A stretch of 64,000 nt of DNA, taken from the human T2T-CHM13v2.0 reference genome, Homo sapiens. Positions 32,968-48,699 of this stretch are shown in pieces (within the stretch, counting starts at the first letter, position 1; each line of letters starts with the position of its first letter). The position numbers and the translations under genes are program-made. The notes under the pieces were generated by a model. The model did no database searches. It saw only the letters and a list, made by a program, of their open reading frames with translations, and was not told the origin of the DNA. The DNA is taken from assembly GCF_009914755.1 (NCBI RefSeq), contig NC_060930.1. One strand, 5' to 3'.

Positions 32968-34276
32968 CCCATGCTTTCTCTCTAGCAGTGTTAACACCCT
33001 CCTCACAGTCTCCAGGTCACCCACTCTGTCCACCCCTTGCTGCCTCCCTGCGCCCCATCTCTGTGCTTTGAGCCCCTGGCCTTCCTGCTCTCCCTTTCAT
33101 GCCCAGGCCAGCAGCTCCTCTTCCTATTAAGGACAAGTCCATGTTGCTTTTGCAGATGCTTGCTTCCAGTCAGGCTTCTTCTGAGGAAATGTATTCCACT
33201 TTCAGATAGAGATGAGAGGAAAAATCAAAGTAAACAGACATAGAGAAAGCATGCAGTGTGCAAAGCCCCTTATCCCTACTCAATAAACAACTGCTAAAAT
33301 CATGGTAACGATGCCTAACTTTAAAAAATTCAGTTCAGTTCTATACATTTCAGGCTTATGAACACTTGCAAATATTGCAGTTAAGATGTGTTAAACACCT
33401 CTTCTTTCATTAAAAAAAGAAAATCTCACAAATAAAATCCACAATAGTAATAGGTTTAGTGTACGCCCTTCTAAGCACAGTCAAGACAACCGCCTGTGTT
33501 CTTTTTCTACCTGACAAAATATAGCTGTCATGCTTTAGTCACAGAATTACAATGCTTTGCTTTCATGACAAAAAACACTGATTAGGTTTTTAACATGTGC
33601 CAGGTTCTGTGCTTGGGGGAAACCAAAATTGTGTGTCAAACAGTCCCTGGAAGCTGACACCATGTTCTGTAAGATGATGATAGAGTTCCAGAGCAGAACA
33701 CCTCCTCACCCTGAAAGGCCTCACAATGCTCCATCAACGGTGATCTCTGCTGAGCAGAGGCACAAAGAGGCAACGTGACATTTGGTGACAGCAACAGACT
33801 AGGACTTGGGGTTTTGTCCCTAGGTGGCCCCTGCAGTTGCTGCTTTGCTTTTTAGGACATCTTTCTTGCTTGTCTCTGTGGGTAAATGCTGACTTATTCT
33901 GCAAAACCACACTCAAAAAATGCCTCCTCGATTCCCCAAGACCCAGAAACTTGCTATTTTGCACTGTTCACTGCAGCTCGTAGCTGCCACATTGAGTAAT
34001 CATTCATTTGCAACTTTAAAAGGAAGAGAACTCACTCTATTCATTCTTGGAATCCTCATCTCCCCGCTCTGTCCCTCAGCACTCATAACACTGCGGCTGG
34101 CAAAGGAAGATGGTGGAAGCCAGATGAATAAAACATGAGTGGGTGGCAGAATGTACACCACTGGTGAAGGGGGCTCACTCCCTCAAGGATGTCACTTTGT
34201 TCACAGGTATCTCCAACTTTGGTCTCCTCCTCACCACTTCCCTCCCCATCCCAACCGTAAAAAGACATAAAGATGG

Positions 34277-35009
<733 letters not shown>

Positions 35010-35607
35010 TGGAAAGAGTCTCGTCCGTGATACAACAGCCTTCCTTGAACATTCCTTCTCAGCCATAGAAAGCCTTTTGAAAACTGGCTGCTTGGCTTTC
35101 ATGTGGCCAGAAAATTTTGTAAAAGCCAACTGTGGTTCTAAGAAAAGATTTTGCTGAGTGAAGTGAAACTCCTCTCATAGCTGCCTGCAGACTGAGGGCA
35201 ACTTCCCCAGTGTGGCCTCTAGAGAGGAGGGGGAGCCCCAGCTGAGCCCGGGTGGTGAGGGGTGGGGAGTCGGGGGGACTGAGGGTCTTGCTCCACCTGT
35301 GAAGGAATGAGCATAAAGAAGGCCTGGCCCAGGAGCCCAAGGCTTAGAGACAGACAGCAGCCAGCGTCCTATCTCTGCAGCTGCTGTTCCCTCTGCTCTG
35401 AAGCTCTTACCCACAGATACCCAGCTCACCCTGAATGGAAAACACTAGCCAAATGCCACCTCCTCCAGGAAGTCTTCTGGGGTTCTTCTGGCCAGAATTA
35501 ACCACCCTTTCCATTATCCTCCTTTGTCATGGCCCTATTCTACCCAGGAACATTGCTATATTTGTTGGCATGATGGTAAACCCTAGAGGTTGGTGACTGT
35601 ATCTTAA

Positions 35608-36766
<1,159 letters not shown>

Positions 36767-38544
36767 TAAAGGTTTCACGTTTTATGGTACTGTCAATTCT
36801 TAAGATTCAACTAATAAGGAGGAGAAAAAGAAATTTCAACAGGGGAGGCACCAGATGCCTTCACAAACCTTGACCTTCCTTTAGGCTGGCCACAGGTGCT
36901 GCCTGACCACCCCTCACCAGCAGCCACGCCTGGTGCACTTAGTTACTGCAATGTGGAACAGTTTCCTGATCTTGAGGGAGGCCATGGGGATGGGCGGCCA
37001 TGGTGGGGTGGGATGCCCTGGCCTTGCTCTGCGACACAGCCCTGCTCCCTGCCTCCTTCCTGCACCTGTGGTGAGAGATAATAAACTGGACAAGGCCCCA
37101 GCGGTTGCAATTCCAGGCAGTGTGGCACCCTGGTGGAAATACATGGAGAAAAGCGGGGCCAAGCCCTCAAGCATGAGGGAAGAAGGGATCAGGGAGGGAA
37201 CAAGAAAGAAGCATTACCACGTTGCTGCTGCCAGGAATCAGAACACTTGAGCCTCTTAAAACTAGTGAGTGGCAGGGCTGGAGAGGTTCCCCTGTGTGTG
37301 AATGAAAAACTAACCCAGGGATTACAACACGTGCCTTCCTGGCTCTCCTCTCTGGGCCTGGAATGGCTCCTGCCTCAGTTTACCCATCTGAAAACTACCT
37401 AATGAGACGCATCCTCGGCCCAGGGGTGGGAAAGGATGAGTGAGTGGAGGCAAGGGGGATGGCCCGGGTGGCCGGCTGCATTCTCTGCTGTCCACCCTCC
37501 TGCCCTCCTTCTGGCCACGTCACCTCTCCTCCCTCTCCTTGAATCAGATTGACCCAATAACAGCCTGATCATCCAACTTCCACCCCATAGGCATCTCCCA
37601 AGACACACTGGGTTGAGAATGACTGTGCTGCCACTCCTCACCGAAAATCTCTCCCTTCTATGAACACCTCCCTGCTGGGACCAGCCCTCCCTCTCAGGTC
37701 GCCAGTTGCCGCACCAGCCCTTGTTGCGTGCTGGGGACAACACCATCACTTAGCTCATCACAGTCTCTTCTTGCCCCCTCAGTGTCGTTCTTGGCTTCCA
37801 CAAGGGTGCTGGGCTCCTGACATCAGCACCCAGCTCCTTGGGACACACCCCCCTGCCATCTGCTTGAATCAGGAGCCAACATAGGGAGGCAACCTGGAGT
37901 CCTCAGGGTCCCTATGAGCTGGGGACAGAGCGGTCATCATTACTTACACGGTCAAGATGTCCTCTTTGTTCTTGGTCATGAGCTTGTTCTTTGTTGGAGG
38001 GAAAAAAATTGAGGGATGTTATTCTTTAATAAAAGTTTAAAGAAAAAAGAGTGGAGGGAGTGGCGAGGAGCCAGGGAAGAGGATGTTGTAGAAATCGGGA
38101 GAGGGGAGATGAGGGAGCACCTGCTCGGAGACAGTCCTTTTCAGGCCATGCAGTGACACCTGGACCTCGAGGTGAGCCACAAGCACGGTGGGATGCTTCC
38201 CGTCCATGGCACCACCGCAGGGGCTCCCTACGGGATCTGAAGGGTGAGGAAGGTGAGGACGGCCACCAACCGAGACAGCGTGGGCCAAGCTGGGTTCTCT
38301 GACCCAGCCCTTTCACGTGCCTAGTGTGGCATCAGCAAACAAAAAGGAACTGTGCGCACTGCCCTTGTCCCCCTCCCCAAGCCCTGGAGAAGCCCTGCAG
38401 TCCTGCTCTGTCGGATGAGGCTTTGTCACAGAGGAAGCATTGCGTCCGTCATTGCTAATGATGAACAGGTGACAGGGTACTGCCAAGTGCTGAACCTCAT
38501 GAGGGCACAAGCAAGCCACCCACCAGGAATTAAAGGGAGTCACA

Positions 38545-38740
38545 GGGTTTACTCAGAACAAGCCAGGTGCCTTTCAAGCAGGGATTGTGTAATCCTCACC
38601 ATAACCTAATCAGGTCTATGTCAGAGCCTCATCTTGCAGATACAAACACTGAGGCCCAGAGAGGCTGTCATACATCACGGTTGCACAGCAGCTGGGGGAG
38701 CCGGGATTTGAACTCAAGACTCCAAAGCCCTTTCTCCTTG
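38545..38740 (-). mobile_element. MIR
   Basis: taatcctcaccataacct...gcagatacaaacactgaggcccagagagg...gagccgggatttgaactcaag. Confidence 0.75.
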
Positions 38741-40107
38741 CCTTGCCCAAGATGCCCTCTTATGAGATCGGCAGGCAGCCTTGTTATCATTCAGCAGCTA
38801 AAGCTGTGGCCAGAGGAAGGTGGAAAGGTGAGGACACACTGCTTCTCCTCACAGTCCAGCGAGTCCCTGCCCGACTCCTGCCCTGCCTCAGGGGAGGGAA
38901 ACACAAAAAGGCAGATCCTTTCCTGGTGCTGGACACACCCCGTGACGTGTCCCAGGGGTACATGGATGCCTCTGTCATGAGTGAGCCTTCGAGGCCGGGC
39001 GAGCACCAAGCGTCTTGCAGTGCTGAGACACACCTGGGGCCAGGCTCCTCCTTCAGGGAGGAAGAAAGATGTGGCAAGATGAGTAATGAGGCCGGGCAGG
39101 GAGGAACCTGGCTGGTTTCAGTTAACGCAGGTTTGGGGAAGCACCCAGCTAGCTTCAGTTCAGGACACCACTAGGCGAGGAGGGCACCTCTCTTCACGGT
39201 TCTGTTCCATCGTGATGTCTGTCCTAAGCAAATGCTGTCTATGATCCTTCTGCAATCTTAGTGCCCCAGAAGTGGCTAGGGATCCTTGATTTGGCCATAA
39301 TGTCCTGCAGATTGGACCTTATTTCCATCTCCCCAGAAGCTTTTTGGAAACAAGAAAGGCCATTTCAGAGTACAGGTGCAAGAGGGCCACAGAAGAGCCT
39401 GAGGCTGATGCCAAGCTGATGGGGTGAATCTAGTCCACATGACCCTAGAAGGAATATGTCTGACTTCCTGCTCCAAGACTATGGGAGGGGAAGGAGGCAG
39501 GAGGTAGAAAAGGGGGAGGCAGTGTCTGCCTGGCTGGGTTTTAGGGCAAGGGGCAGGAGGAGGGTAGGGTACAGGCCAAGGCTAGCACGACATCAGCCCT
39601 GGCTGGACAGAGGTGCTGCTGCCGGCAAGAACCCACCCTCATCCTCATCCTCATCTGTTGCCCACTAAAAACTCCATGGTTTCCACAGAAACAAAACGAG
39701 TCCCATCTGCAGGTGGGGCAATCCTCTTGTCCCTCTTTCTGCCTCACCCTCGTTTCTCACTGCCTGTCTCCTCCCTCTCCCTTCTTCTTTTGCATCTCTG
39801 TCTTCCCCTGAACCTCTTCCACACCGCCATTCCCTTATCTCCACTCTCCTTCCTCCCCCTCCCATCCTGCTCATGCCCATTTGAAATGGGAGCACACACT
39901 GGGCACACTCTGCAGTGCCCCCTCAGGCGCTCCCAACCCTGGCAGCTGTGCCATAAGCTGCCAATTCGTCTCAATATTCTATTTTACCATTCTGGCAATT
40001 TTCAGCTATGCATGAGATCTCTCAGAATATTGCCTTTGCTTTACTTCTAGGTGTGGCATTAGGACTAAGTCTGGGCCAGTGAAAAGTCAGCAGGTATGCT
40101 GTGTGCA

Positions 40108-40218
40108 ACTTTCTTTTTTATTTTAGAGATGCGAACTCAAACTCCTGACTCAAGCAATCCTTCCACCTCAGCCTCCCCAGAAGCAGAGACAACAGGCCGG
40201 TGCCACCATGCCCAGCAT
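40108..40218 (-). mobile_element. Degenerate Alu monomer within an old MLT1-type LTR region
   Basis: actcctgactcaagcaatccttccacctcagcctcc...ccaccatgcccagc. Confidence 0.75.
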
Positions 40219-40505
40219 AGTGTCCAACTTTTTAGAAGTGACCACAGATAAAGGCAATGTGCCTCAGTCTTTCCTTTCCACCATCCTTGTTAGCAGGAAT
40301 GTGGACATGATGGCCGGAGCTCATGCAGCCACTTTGGCATATGAAGTCTATGTCTCAGCCAGTGTATCTACTTCCCAGGATCTGCTCAAGTGTGGTTCCT
40401 CTGCTCAGTACCACATTAAACTTCTGAGAGGATCACCTGACATCACCACCTTCTTGTAAACCATGAAAGAGTTTTTATTTTTTTAAATGAGGTTCATTGA
40501 GTTTC

Positions 40506-40519
40506 ATGCCATCTGGTGG
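40506..40519 (-). promoter_or_regulatory. Candidate CTCF binding motif
   Basis: Reverse complement CCACCAGATGGCAT matches 13/14 of CCASYAGRKGGCRS; motif only, no binding data. Confidence 0.35.
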
Positions 40520-41425
40520 CAGAGATTACTGTGCCATGACATTTCACCTGCCTGGCCAGGCTGGGCCCATGGTGGTGGATGTTCCTGACTTCCCATGTTG
40601 CTTGTAGGCACAACCCAACAGCACATTGCTTCATGCCTCGCGTCACATGCCTCCCACCACCTGCCTCAGGGCTTCCCTGTTACTGTGAAGAGCAAGAAAC
40701 CCGGGGATCTACTCATTCAGGTAGACACACGGCCTTTCCAGACAAGGTCTGTTGGGCTGAGATGGGCAGGTGGAGAGTCCCCCTGACTCACACCCGCTCA
40801 CTTACTGGCCCCAGGTCCTGTGTTCACAATGCAGATGCTCCTGCTGCTGTTTCAGGAGCTGCTTTTCCCAGCTAGGAGATGCCAGCTGGTGCCACCTGGA
40901 AGTGTGGAGTCCTGCTGCCCCGTGAAGCCAACTTTGACTAATGGGGGACATGGCCAGGCAAATTTTTCTCCCTTCTTCTCATATGTATTATTCCAAGCCC
41001 CAGTGGGCCTTTCTAGAGACACTCTGTGAAACTAAACAATTAGCTGCATTTGTTGAAAGCTGGGGCCGGCCTCGTAAAGCACCCCTTTGTATTCTACTCC
41101 TTCCTTCTCGGCCTCACCTCTTTCCCCCTTCCTCTTGCTTCCTGGAGTTGCATTCCTCAAGAAAGTATTGGTACATTAGCTTTGGCCTCAGTCTCTGGTT
41201 TTTAGAGAACCCAAACTAAGACAGGGAGACACATGGAGGATGGCAGAGAAGAGATGCGGAAGGAGCCGGGGTCCTAAGAATTGTGGCGTTGCCAAACCCC
41301 TCCTGGACTGGGGGCTTCTTGGCCTTTAACCTGGGAGAGAAACAAATGTCTCTCTCATATTTAAGCTACAGCTATTCAGGACTTTCTCTTACCTGTAACC
41401 TTTTCCTAATAAATGCAGCTGCACG

Positions 41426-41709
41426 AGCCGGGCTTGGTGGCACACGCCTTTAATCCCAGCACTTTGGGAGGCTGAGGCGGGCAGATCACCTGAGGTCAGT
41501 AGTTCAAGAACAGCCTGGCCAACATGGAGAAACCCCATCTCTACCAAAAACACAAAAATTAGCCAGTTGTCATGGCATGCACCCGTAATCTCAGCTACTG
41601 GAGAGGCCAAGGCAGAACCCAGGAGGTGGAGGTTGCAGTGAGCCGAGATTGCACCACTGCACTCCAGCCTGGGCAACAGAGCGAGACTCTGTCTCGAAAA
41701 AAAAAAAAA
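41426..41709 (+). mobile_element. AluS with a small internal deletion
   Basis: Alu body; TSD aaatgcag(c/t)tgcac. Confidence 0.94.
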
Positions 41710-43866
41710 TGCAGTTGCACATGCAAATCACCTCTGGGTTGCAATTCCCTGGACAACACCAGCCCATCATTAAAATGCTTTATCTCCTTTCATTCCCATT
41801 TCACTTTCACTGGCATTGCCTTATTTTGATCCATGCAACATTCCTACAAGGCAGGTTGGACAGATGTAATTATTCCTTTCCATTCACCACCCCTTCCTAC
41901 CAACTCCCTACTTAAAGAGTAAAGAAATGAAATCTCTTTGAGGTTATATGATTTCCCTAAGGGCAAGGGCTAATGAGAGAAAATCCCTGGTCTCCTAGGC
42001 TATTAGACCAGACTGCACCACCATTTCACCCTGACCCTTCACAGGCCAAGCAGTTTGGAAGTCACCAGATTTTCAGTTCTCCTCCCAGGCACACAGTGGA
42101 ATTGCCTTTTCTGCTGTCTTGAAGTTAGAAGTGGCCAAGGCAATGCACACGGGAGTGTTGCGCCTAGGCGGAAGCTCCAGAAAGCGGCGATGACTCACCC
42201 AGCGTATCTTCCTCTATCCTGGGGACCATTCGAACTAAGGATGGTGCCTGCTCGGCCACTGGTTCCTGAAATGAGGCTGATGTGAAGAAGGGCATTGCCC
42301 CAGGCATAATGGACATATGATGAGAAAGAGAAGTAAACAGGGGCGGGGGATGTTTGCTTATGCACCATAACCCAGCCCCTCCTGCCATGACTATACATGC
42401 ACTACATAGGTCCCGTTCTGGGATTGTAGCTCATTTTCATTTGTTTTTAAAGGGGACAAATCTAAGCCAGTTTTATTAAAATATCAAAGATCTTCTCAAA
42501 TTCCGACAGCCCTGAGATCCTCAGGAAGGGCGTGCCTGTGTTGGTTGAAACATTCGCAGCAAGGATGTTGAAAAGCCTTCAAGATTAAAGCCAAGGGATG
42601 TGCTTTTGTTTCAGAGCTCACAGGCCTGTACTCAAAAGAGTGGCTTCCAAGTTTCTGTTATCAAATGGAACTTTTCCACAGCCCTGACACAGACTAGACA
42701 TTCTTGCTAAGAAAAATTGGTTTTTGTTTTTAAAGGAAAGCTTTTCTCTAACATGTAAGTCATTTATCGTTTCATACGTAGGAAGAGACAAGTGTCCCAA
42801 CAAAGGTGATTTGCCTACTTGTTCTCCCTCCAGCTCTAGGAAGAAACCCCTCCACTGAATTCCATCAGCTCCTAGGCGTTCTGCCCCTGGGTGCAGAGAG
42901 CTGGTAAACACTACATTGAACAAATTGGGGAGAAATAAATCCATTCCTCCTTAAAATCCCTGAGCCTCTCTGGAAGCCACAGTTCTTGAGGGAATGGTGG
43001 GCCGATTCCCTTTACAGTGACTTTGGATGTATCTCAGAATGGAAAGAGAGAATTTGCCCCAACACAAGGCTCCCCCTTATTTGTGGAAACATGGCAAGAT
43101 CACGGCTATGTTTCCTGCCCAAACCCAGGAGAATTAAACACTTCAGAAAGGACATGGAATTCTCACTGGAAGCTATGAGCTCTTCGCTTAGGCAAAGGAG
43201 ACTCATGGATCTTTTGAGTTTGTAATCTTTGTGAACTCTTCAGGCACTGCAGTTCTATTTAAAGCTAATATATTGCCCTTGTCCAGACCTTGCAGGGGGT
43301 TCTTCTCCTCCTGCTCAGCCCCTGGGTGCAACCTTCCCATTCTCAGGGTCCCTCCTGCCACCCTTTATCTTTGCAGCCCTTCAAAGTTACTCCAAGTCCA
43401 ACCCATCCCCTATGCAACTTCAAGCCACTTAGCTCCCTTTTGGACACGTAATTTTACTATTTCAAGCTAGTAATGGAATCCCTAAAACTTAATTATGTAA
43501 TTAATCGTTCCAATGTGCTGCGTCTTTCTCCAGCTTCACTGTAAACTGCACAGAGCAGGCATCACACCACATTTTCTTTGATCGCCATCCTGCTCTTTCC
43601 ACGGGGATTGTGCTGAGGGTGCAATAGTCACTCAACAAACACTCTGCTTCATTTCTCATGAGGGCCGAACCCAGGCTGTTTTCTCCTTTTAATGTTTTAA
43701 AATAGATTGTGAAAGTCAAAGTGCTGACAACTGCCACCACTGGGGCACAAATAAGCCTCCGTGTCCCACCTGGCCAGGTGACCAGCTAGACAAAGTCCAC
43801 CATAAAGTCCATGGTCACTTTTTCTTTGTAACTAACTGGTAAGTGCTTCCTGGGGAGGGACTCTGA

Positions 43867-44076
<210 letters not shown>

Positions 44077-44911
44077 TAATCACTAGAGTCCAGTGTCTTT
44101 CTTTCATGTGCAGGTTGCATCTTCTACAGATTCCCTTGAAACTCTTCCAGCCCCGTTTGACCTGCTTTACTTTAACTAAATGTGTTTTGTTCTGCCTGCT
44201 GAATGATGGGAAGTGGGGCAGAATAGCTCAGGATTTATGGACACCTGGTTGCTGGTCCTGTCATAACCTCTCTGGAACCTTAGATCGCAGATCTGTAAAA
44301 TGGATACTAAACAGGAGCCGAGTGAACTCTAAAGTCCTTCCAGCTTTGTGATTGCACAATTTAAAAAGCACAAATTGCGATTGCAGGATTTGGACCTCCT
44401 CCACCTCTGTCTGAAGGTCCCTGTGTCTGTATTATAATTGGCTATTTCAACAGTCATTCACTTTACTAATGGGGTAGGTAGTTTGGGGAAAGAGGTGTCT
44501 CTTGGAGTCCTCCAGGCACAGTGAAGGGGGAAGAAAGTAGGAGCTTTAGTTTTCTCTAATGAACAGCGACCACTTACCTCACAATGTTCACAAATGGGCG
44601 CCTGCCCCATCTCGTTGTGTCAGCTCTTTGGGGAAAGATTTTTATGCTTTTGGAAGTTCATGAGCACATAGAAATGATCATAATTTTCACTGCAAGAGAA
44701 GAAGTTTTCATTTAACTCCTCCTTCATCTGCTTGGTAAATTAAAACACACACTCAGAGAGAGACAAAGTAGATTAGTGGTTGCTTATGGCTGGTGGGGGG
44801 AGGGGCGAGGCAGTAGGAGGGGGTAGCTAAAAGGGCTTCTGATATTCTACAGCTGACTGTGGTGATGGTTGCGCATATCTGTGAATGCATTAGAAATCAT
44901 TGGCTTATAGA

Positions 44912-45224
44912 CTTTATTTATTTATTTAAATATTTATTGAGACTGAGTCTCACTCTGTTGCCCAGGCTGGAGTGCAGTGGTGCCATCTGGGCTCACTGCA
45001 ACTTCCGTTTCCCAAGTTCAAGTGATTCTCCTGCCTCAGCCTCCTGAGTAGCTAGAATTACAGGTGACTACCACCATGCCTGGCTAAGTTTTTTATTTTT
45101 ATTAGAGACAGGGTTTCACCATGTTGGTTGGCTAGGCTGGTCTTGAACCCCTGACCTCAAGTGATCCACCCACATCAGCCTCCCAAAGTGCTGGGATTAC
45201 AGGCATGAGCCACCGCACCCAGCC
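44912..45224 (-). mobile_element. AluS inserted in an old L1M 3' fragment (about 44755-45270)
   Basis: Full Alu reverse complement, TSD gacttta; flank agacaaagtagattagtggttgc...gactgtggtgatggttgc is L1M-like. Confidence 0.93.
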
Positions 45225-45849
45225 TGGACTTTAAATTGACCAATTGTGCGGTGCATAAATTACATCCCACACAAACACACACAACACATGTTGGCAAGGA
45301 AGCACCATAAGAGGACCCTGAGTCTCCCCGTGCTGATGGTAGGGACTAGAAAATAGACCATCCACACGTGGTCCTAGGTGAGGTCAGGAGAGGTTTAAGG
45401 TGGTCAGAGAGCAGGGAGAGCCCTGTGGCAGAAGAAGTGGCAGGTACAAGGACTGGAGGATGGGAGGGGCCTCATAGGGAAGGAAGGGCAGGGTCCTGCT
45501 TGGGCAGGTGCACCTCTCTTGGTTGATCTCAGGGTCTTAACGGTAGATCACCAACCAGGTCATCTCTTTCCAGGCTGAGGTGTGCAGAGATTCCTGATAA
45601 GGAGGGGACCTGGGGCCAGGCTGCCTGCTCCTAGCACAGGGTTCTTGCCTACCACCTCTCTCTCCCACCAGCACCAGAAGTGCCAGGGGTGGGGGCAGGT
45701 CGGGGGGGTGGGCAGCGGATCTCAAGGCTTCTGGGAAGTGAAAAGTATATCTTCCTCCAAAAATTTTAGATACATAAATAGAGCTTTACTGATTCCAAGA
45801 GATAGTATAGTGAGATTATTGCAACGAATTTAAAAAAAATCATGATTTG

Positions 45850-46050
45850 GATCTTAATTTGGCAAACTCCCAGCTGTGTGACATTGGGCAGGTAAGTTAT
45901 GTCTAGACTTCACTTTCTTCATCTATAAAATGGGGACAGAGATTATGCCTTCTTCATCGAGTAGTTGTGGAGGTTCAATGAGAATATGAATTGGAAACAC
46001 TTAGTAGAACACCTGGCCCCTAGTAAATACTCAACGAATGTCAGGTGGTG
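45850..46050 (+). mobile_element. MIR
   Basis: agctgtgtgacattgggcag...ttcatctataaaatgggga...cacttagtagaacacctggc. Confidence 0.8.
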
Positions 46051-47687
46051 TTGGTCTTCATCTTTATTGTGTGAGAAGGATGATGAACTCACTGAACATA
46101 TGAGGAAACTGAGAGGCCAGAGTGGAAGCCAGGACTGTCATGCAGGTCTCTGACGCGCTGTCAGTTTCTGTTCTGCAGGCTGTGAGCTGATTTGTACCTG
46201 GGAAAGCCAAAGTGTTCACATAGACTAAGTCAGAATAAGCTCCTCCAACTCGACTTGATCCTGGGTGCAGAAAATGCTGGAAGCCTGACACAATCACAGC
46301 CCAAAGGGAGCAAATGAAAAGAAATCCTCTGAATGAAATTTGGGGTCTCACTTCGGGCAGCACCCACCCTCTGCAAAAGGGAGATGTTTCCACAGCTGCT
46401 GATCCTGGATCCAGAGGCAGCACTCCCTCCACGAGGGACACTCGGGCATTGTAAACTCAAGCATCCCTTTGTTTTCCATTCTTCACTCAGACATTCCTGA
46501 TGACTAACTAGGGATCAATATAAATCACGTCATTGTGATCTCGGGTCTTTTCCTGCTAAAGAAAAGTAGAGAGTATAAGGAAATGACGGTGGTTTGAAAA
46601 CAGAAAGCAAAAGTACTCCCTACAAAAGTTATCTGGAGCTATTAGGAAAACAAGGAAGAGGCTCCTGGTGATTTGGAAGCCGGGCCAAGGTCTAGGATGC
46701 AATTGATGTCAATAGGTCCTTTGCAGGTAGAGGGACAGGTGAGGTCATAGTCTGACGTCTGTTCTTACAGGGCTCCTCCCTGGAAATGACTCGCTCTCTC
46801 TGGACTCATTTCCTCTCAAGGCTTTGTTCCAGCAAGGGTTTCTTTTGAAATAGGAGAATCCCAGGTGGCACAGGATGGGATGGGGTCTCAGTGGGAGCAG
46901 TTGCTGCAATTGCGAAAGAGGAGGAGGAGGAGGAGGAGGGGAAAGAGGCAATACTTCCAGCCTCCAGGGAAAATCTCTGTGCTTGCTGCCTTATCACAGT
47001 GACTGGGTAAGCCCAGGGATCCAGTAACGAAGGAAGGAGGTAGGGGGTGGCCAGGACAATAGTTCAGTTGTTGTCCAAGGCACGCCCTCATCACCTTCGT
47101 CATTTCTCTTTTTGAGGCAGAAATCCACCCTCAGATGCACACACAAAGCTGTCATTAACAGAAGCTTCACGTGCACCCCGGAAAGCAAAATTGGGCACTC
47201 GGCTTCAAAGGAAACGGCTTCTTCCTTCACAATACTTCATCACTAAATGGTTGTCTGGCATGTTTGTTTTTTCAAATGTCCACATTTTATTTGTCCAACT
47301 GATTGTCTCTTTATCAGCAGCAGCCAGGACCACAGCTGAACTGTTTGTGAGTTGGTAGTTTATAAAATCAATGCTAAGTCTTTGCTAGTGTTTCTCTAAC
47401 ACGCTCATTTGTATTTATTCGTCTCAGAAGTCAAAGAAAAAAACACAACATACAAAAGGCAGAGTGGTGCTTTTCTATGTCAATATGTGTTTGAGGACTT
47501 TTCTAGCTAATTGACATAAACTCGACAGCTAGACCAGATGACAAGCAAGAATATCCATCCCATAATGAGGCTTCCGGCACTGGCTTAATCAAGTAAATCC
47601 AGAAAACAAGGCTCAAAATTACTTGAGAAAGGTTTTAATTGTTTTTGCATCTTTTCTCTTTTTTCTTTCTCTTATTTTAGAAAAATT

Positions 47688-47800
47688 ATTCTTAGAGGTA
47701 GAGTCTCAATACACTTCCCAGGCTGGTCTCAAACTCTTGGTCAAGCAATCTTCCTGCCTCAGCCTCCCAGGTAGCTGGGACTATAGACCTGAACCACTGT
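47688..47800 (-). mobile_element. Alu monomer (FLAM)
   Basis: ccaggctggtctcaaactcttggtcaagcaatcttcctgcctcagcctccc. Confidence 0.8.
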
Positions 47801-48235
47801 GCTGTTTTTGCATCTTAAAGGCAGAGCTCTGAGGGAGAGGTGGATCCCAAGCCTGTGGGTTCACCTGCTCTAAGAAATCAATAAGTCAAGGGAAACATCG
47901 AAGGGCATTACACATATGGGCTTTGACGCCAGGCCGACCAACTTCAATCCAGGTCTAAATGAGGGTTGAGCTTCTCTGAGCCTGTTTCTCATTCCATAAA
48001 ATGGGAGTTGCAATTGTACCTACTGCATACAATTATTATACAGTAAGTATTTAAAACAGTGCTCAGCAAACATGAAAGAACTCGATGTTGAAGATAAATG
48101 TGTAGTCCACCTCCTCAGTGTGACAGATGCAGAAAGTAAAATTCACAGAATTTGTGCAAACCTCAGTTAGTTCAGTCAAGTCCAGAACCCAGACTCCTGA
48201 CTCATAGTCCAGTGGATTTGAAATTTTTTTTAATT

Positions 48236-48248
48236 ATTATTTTTTATT

Positions 48249-48283
<35 letters not shown>

Positions 48284-48699
48284 TGTTTTGAGACAGAGTC
48301 TCGCTCTGTCACCCAGGCTGGAGTGCAGTGGCACGATCTCGGCCCACTGCAAGCTCCGCCATTCTCTTGCCTCAGCCTCCCGAGTAGCTGAGACTACAGG
48401 CATGCGCCACCACGCCCAGCTAATTTGTTTTGTATTTTTAGTAGAGAGGGGGTTTCACCATGTTGGCCAGGATGGTCTTGATCTGACCTAGTGATCCACC
48501 CGCCTCGGCCTCCCAAAGTGCTGGGATTACAGGTGTGAGCCACTGCACCTGGCCACGCCCAGCTAATTTTTGTATTTTTAGTAGAGACGGGGTTTCACCA
48601 TGTTGGTCAGGCTGGTCTTGAACTCCTGACCTCAGGTGATCTGCCTGCCTCGGCTTCCCAAAGTGCTGGGATCACAGGCGTGAGCCACTGCGCCCGGCC
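48236..48699 (-). mobile_element. Alu (48236-48554, small internal deletion) fused to a second Alu left arm (48553-48699)
   Basis: After cactgcacctggcc the sequence restarts at acgcccagctaatttttg and runs to a second cgcccggcc. Confidence 0.92.

Noticed and set aside
45686-45712. G-quadruplex-like G runs
   Set aside because: Common motif with no supporting context
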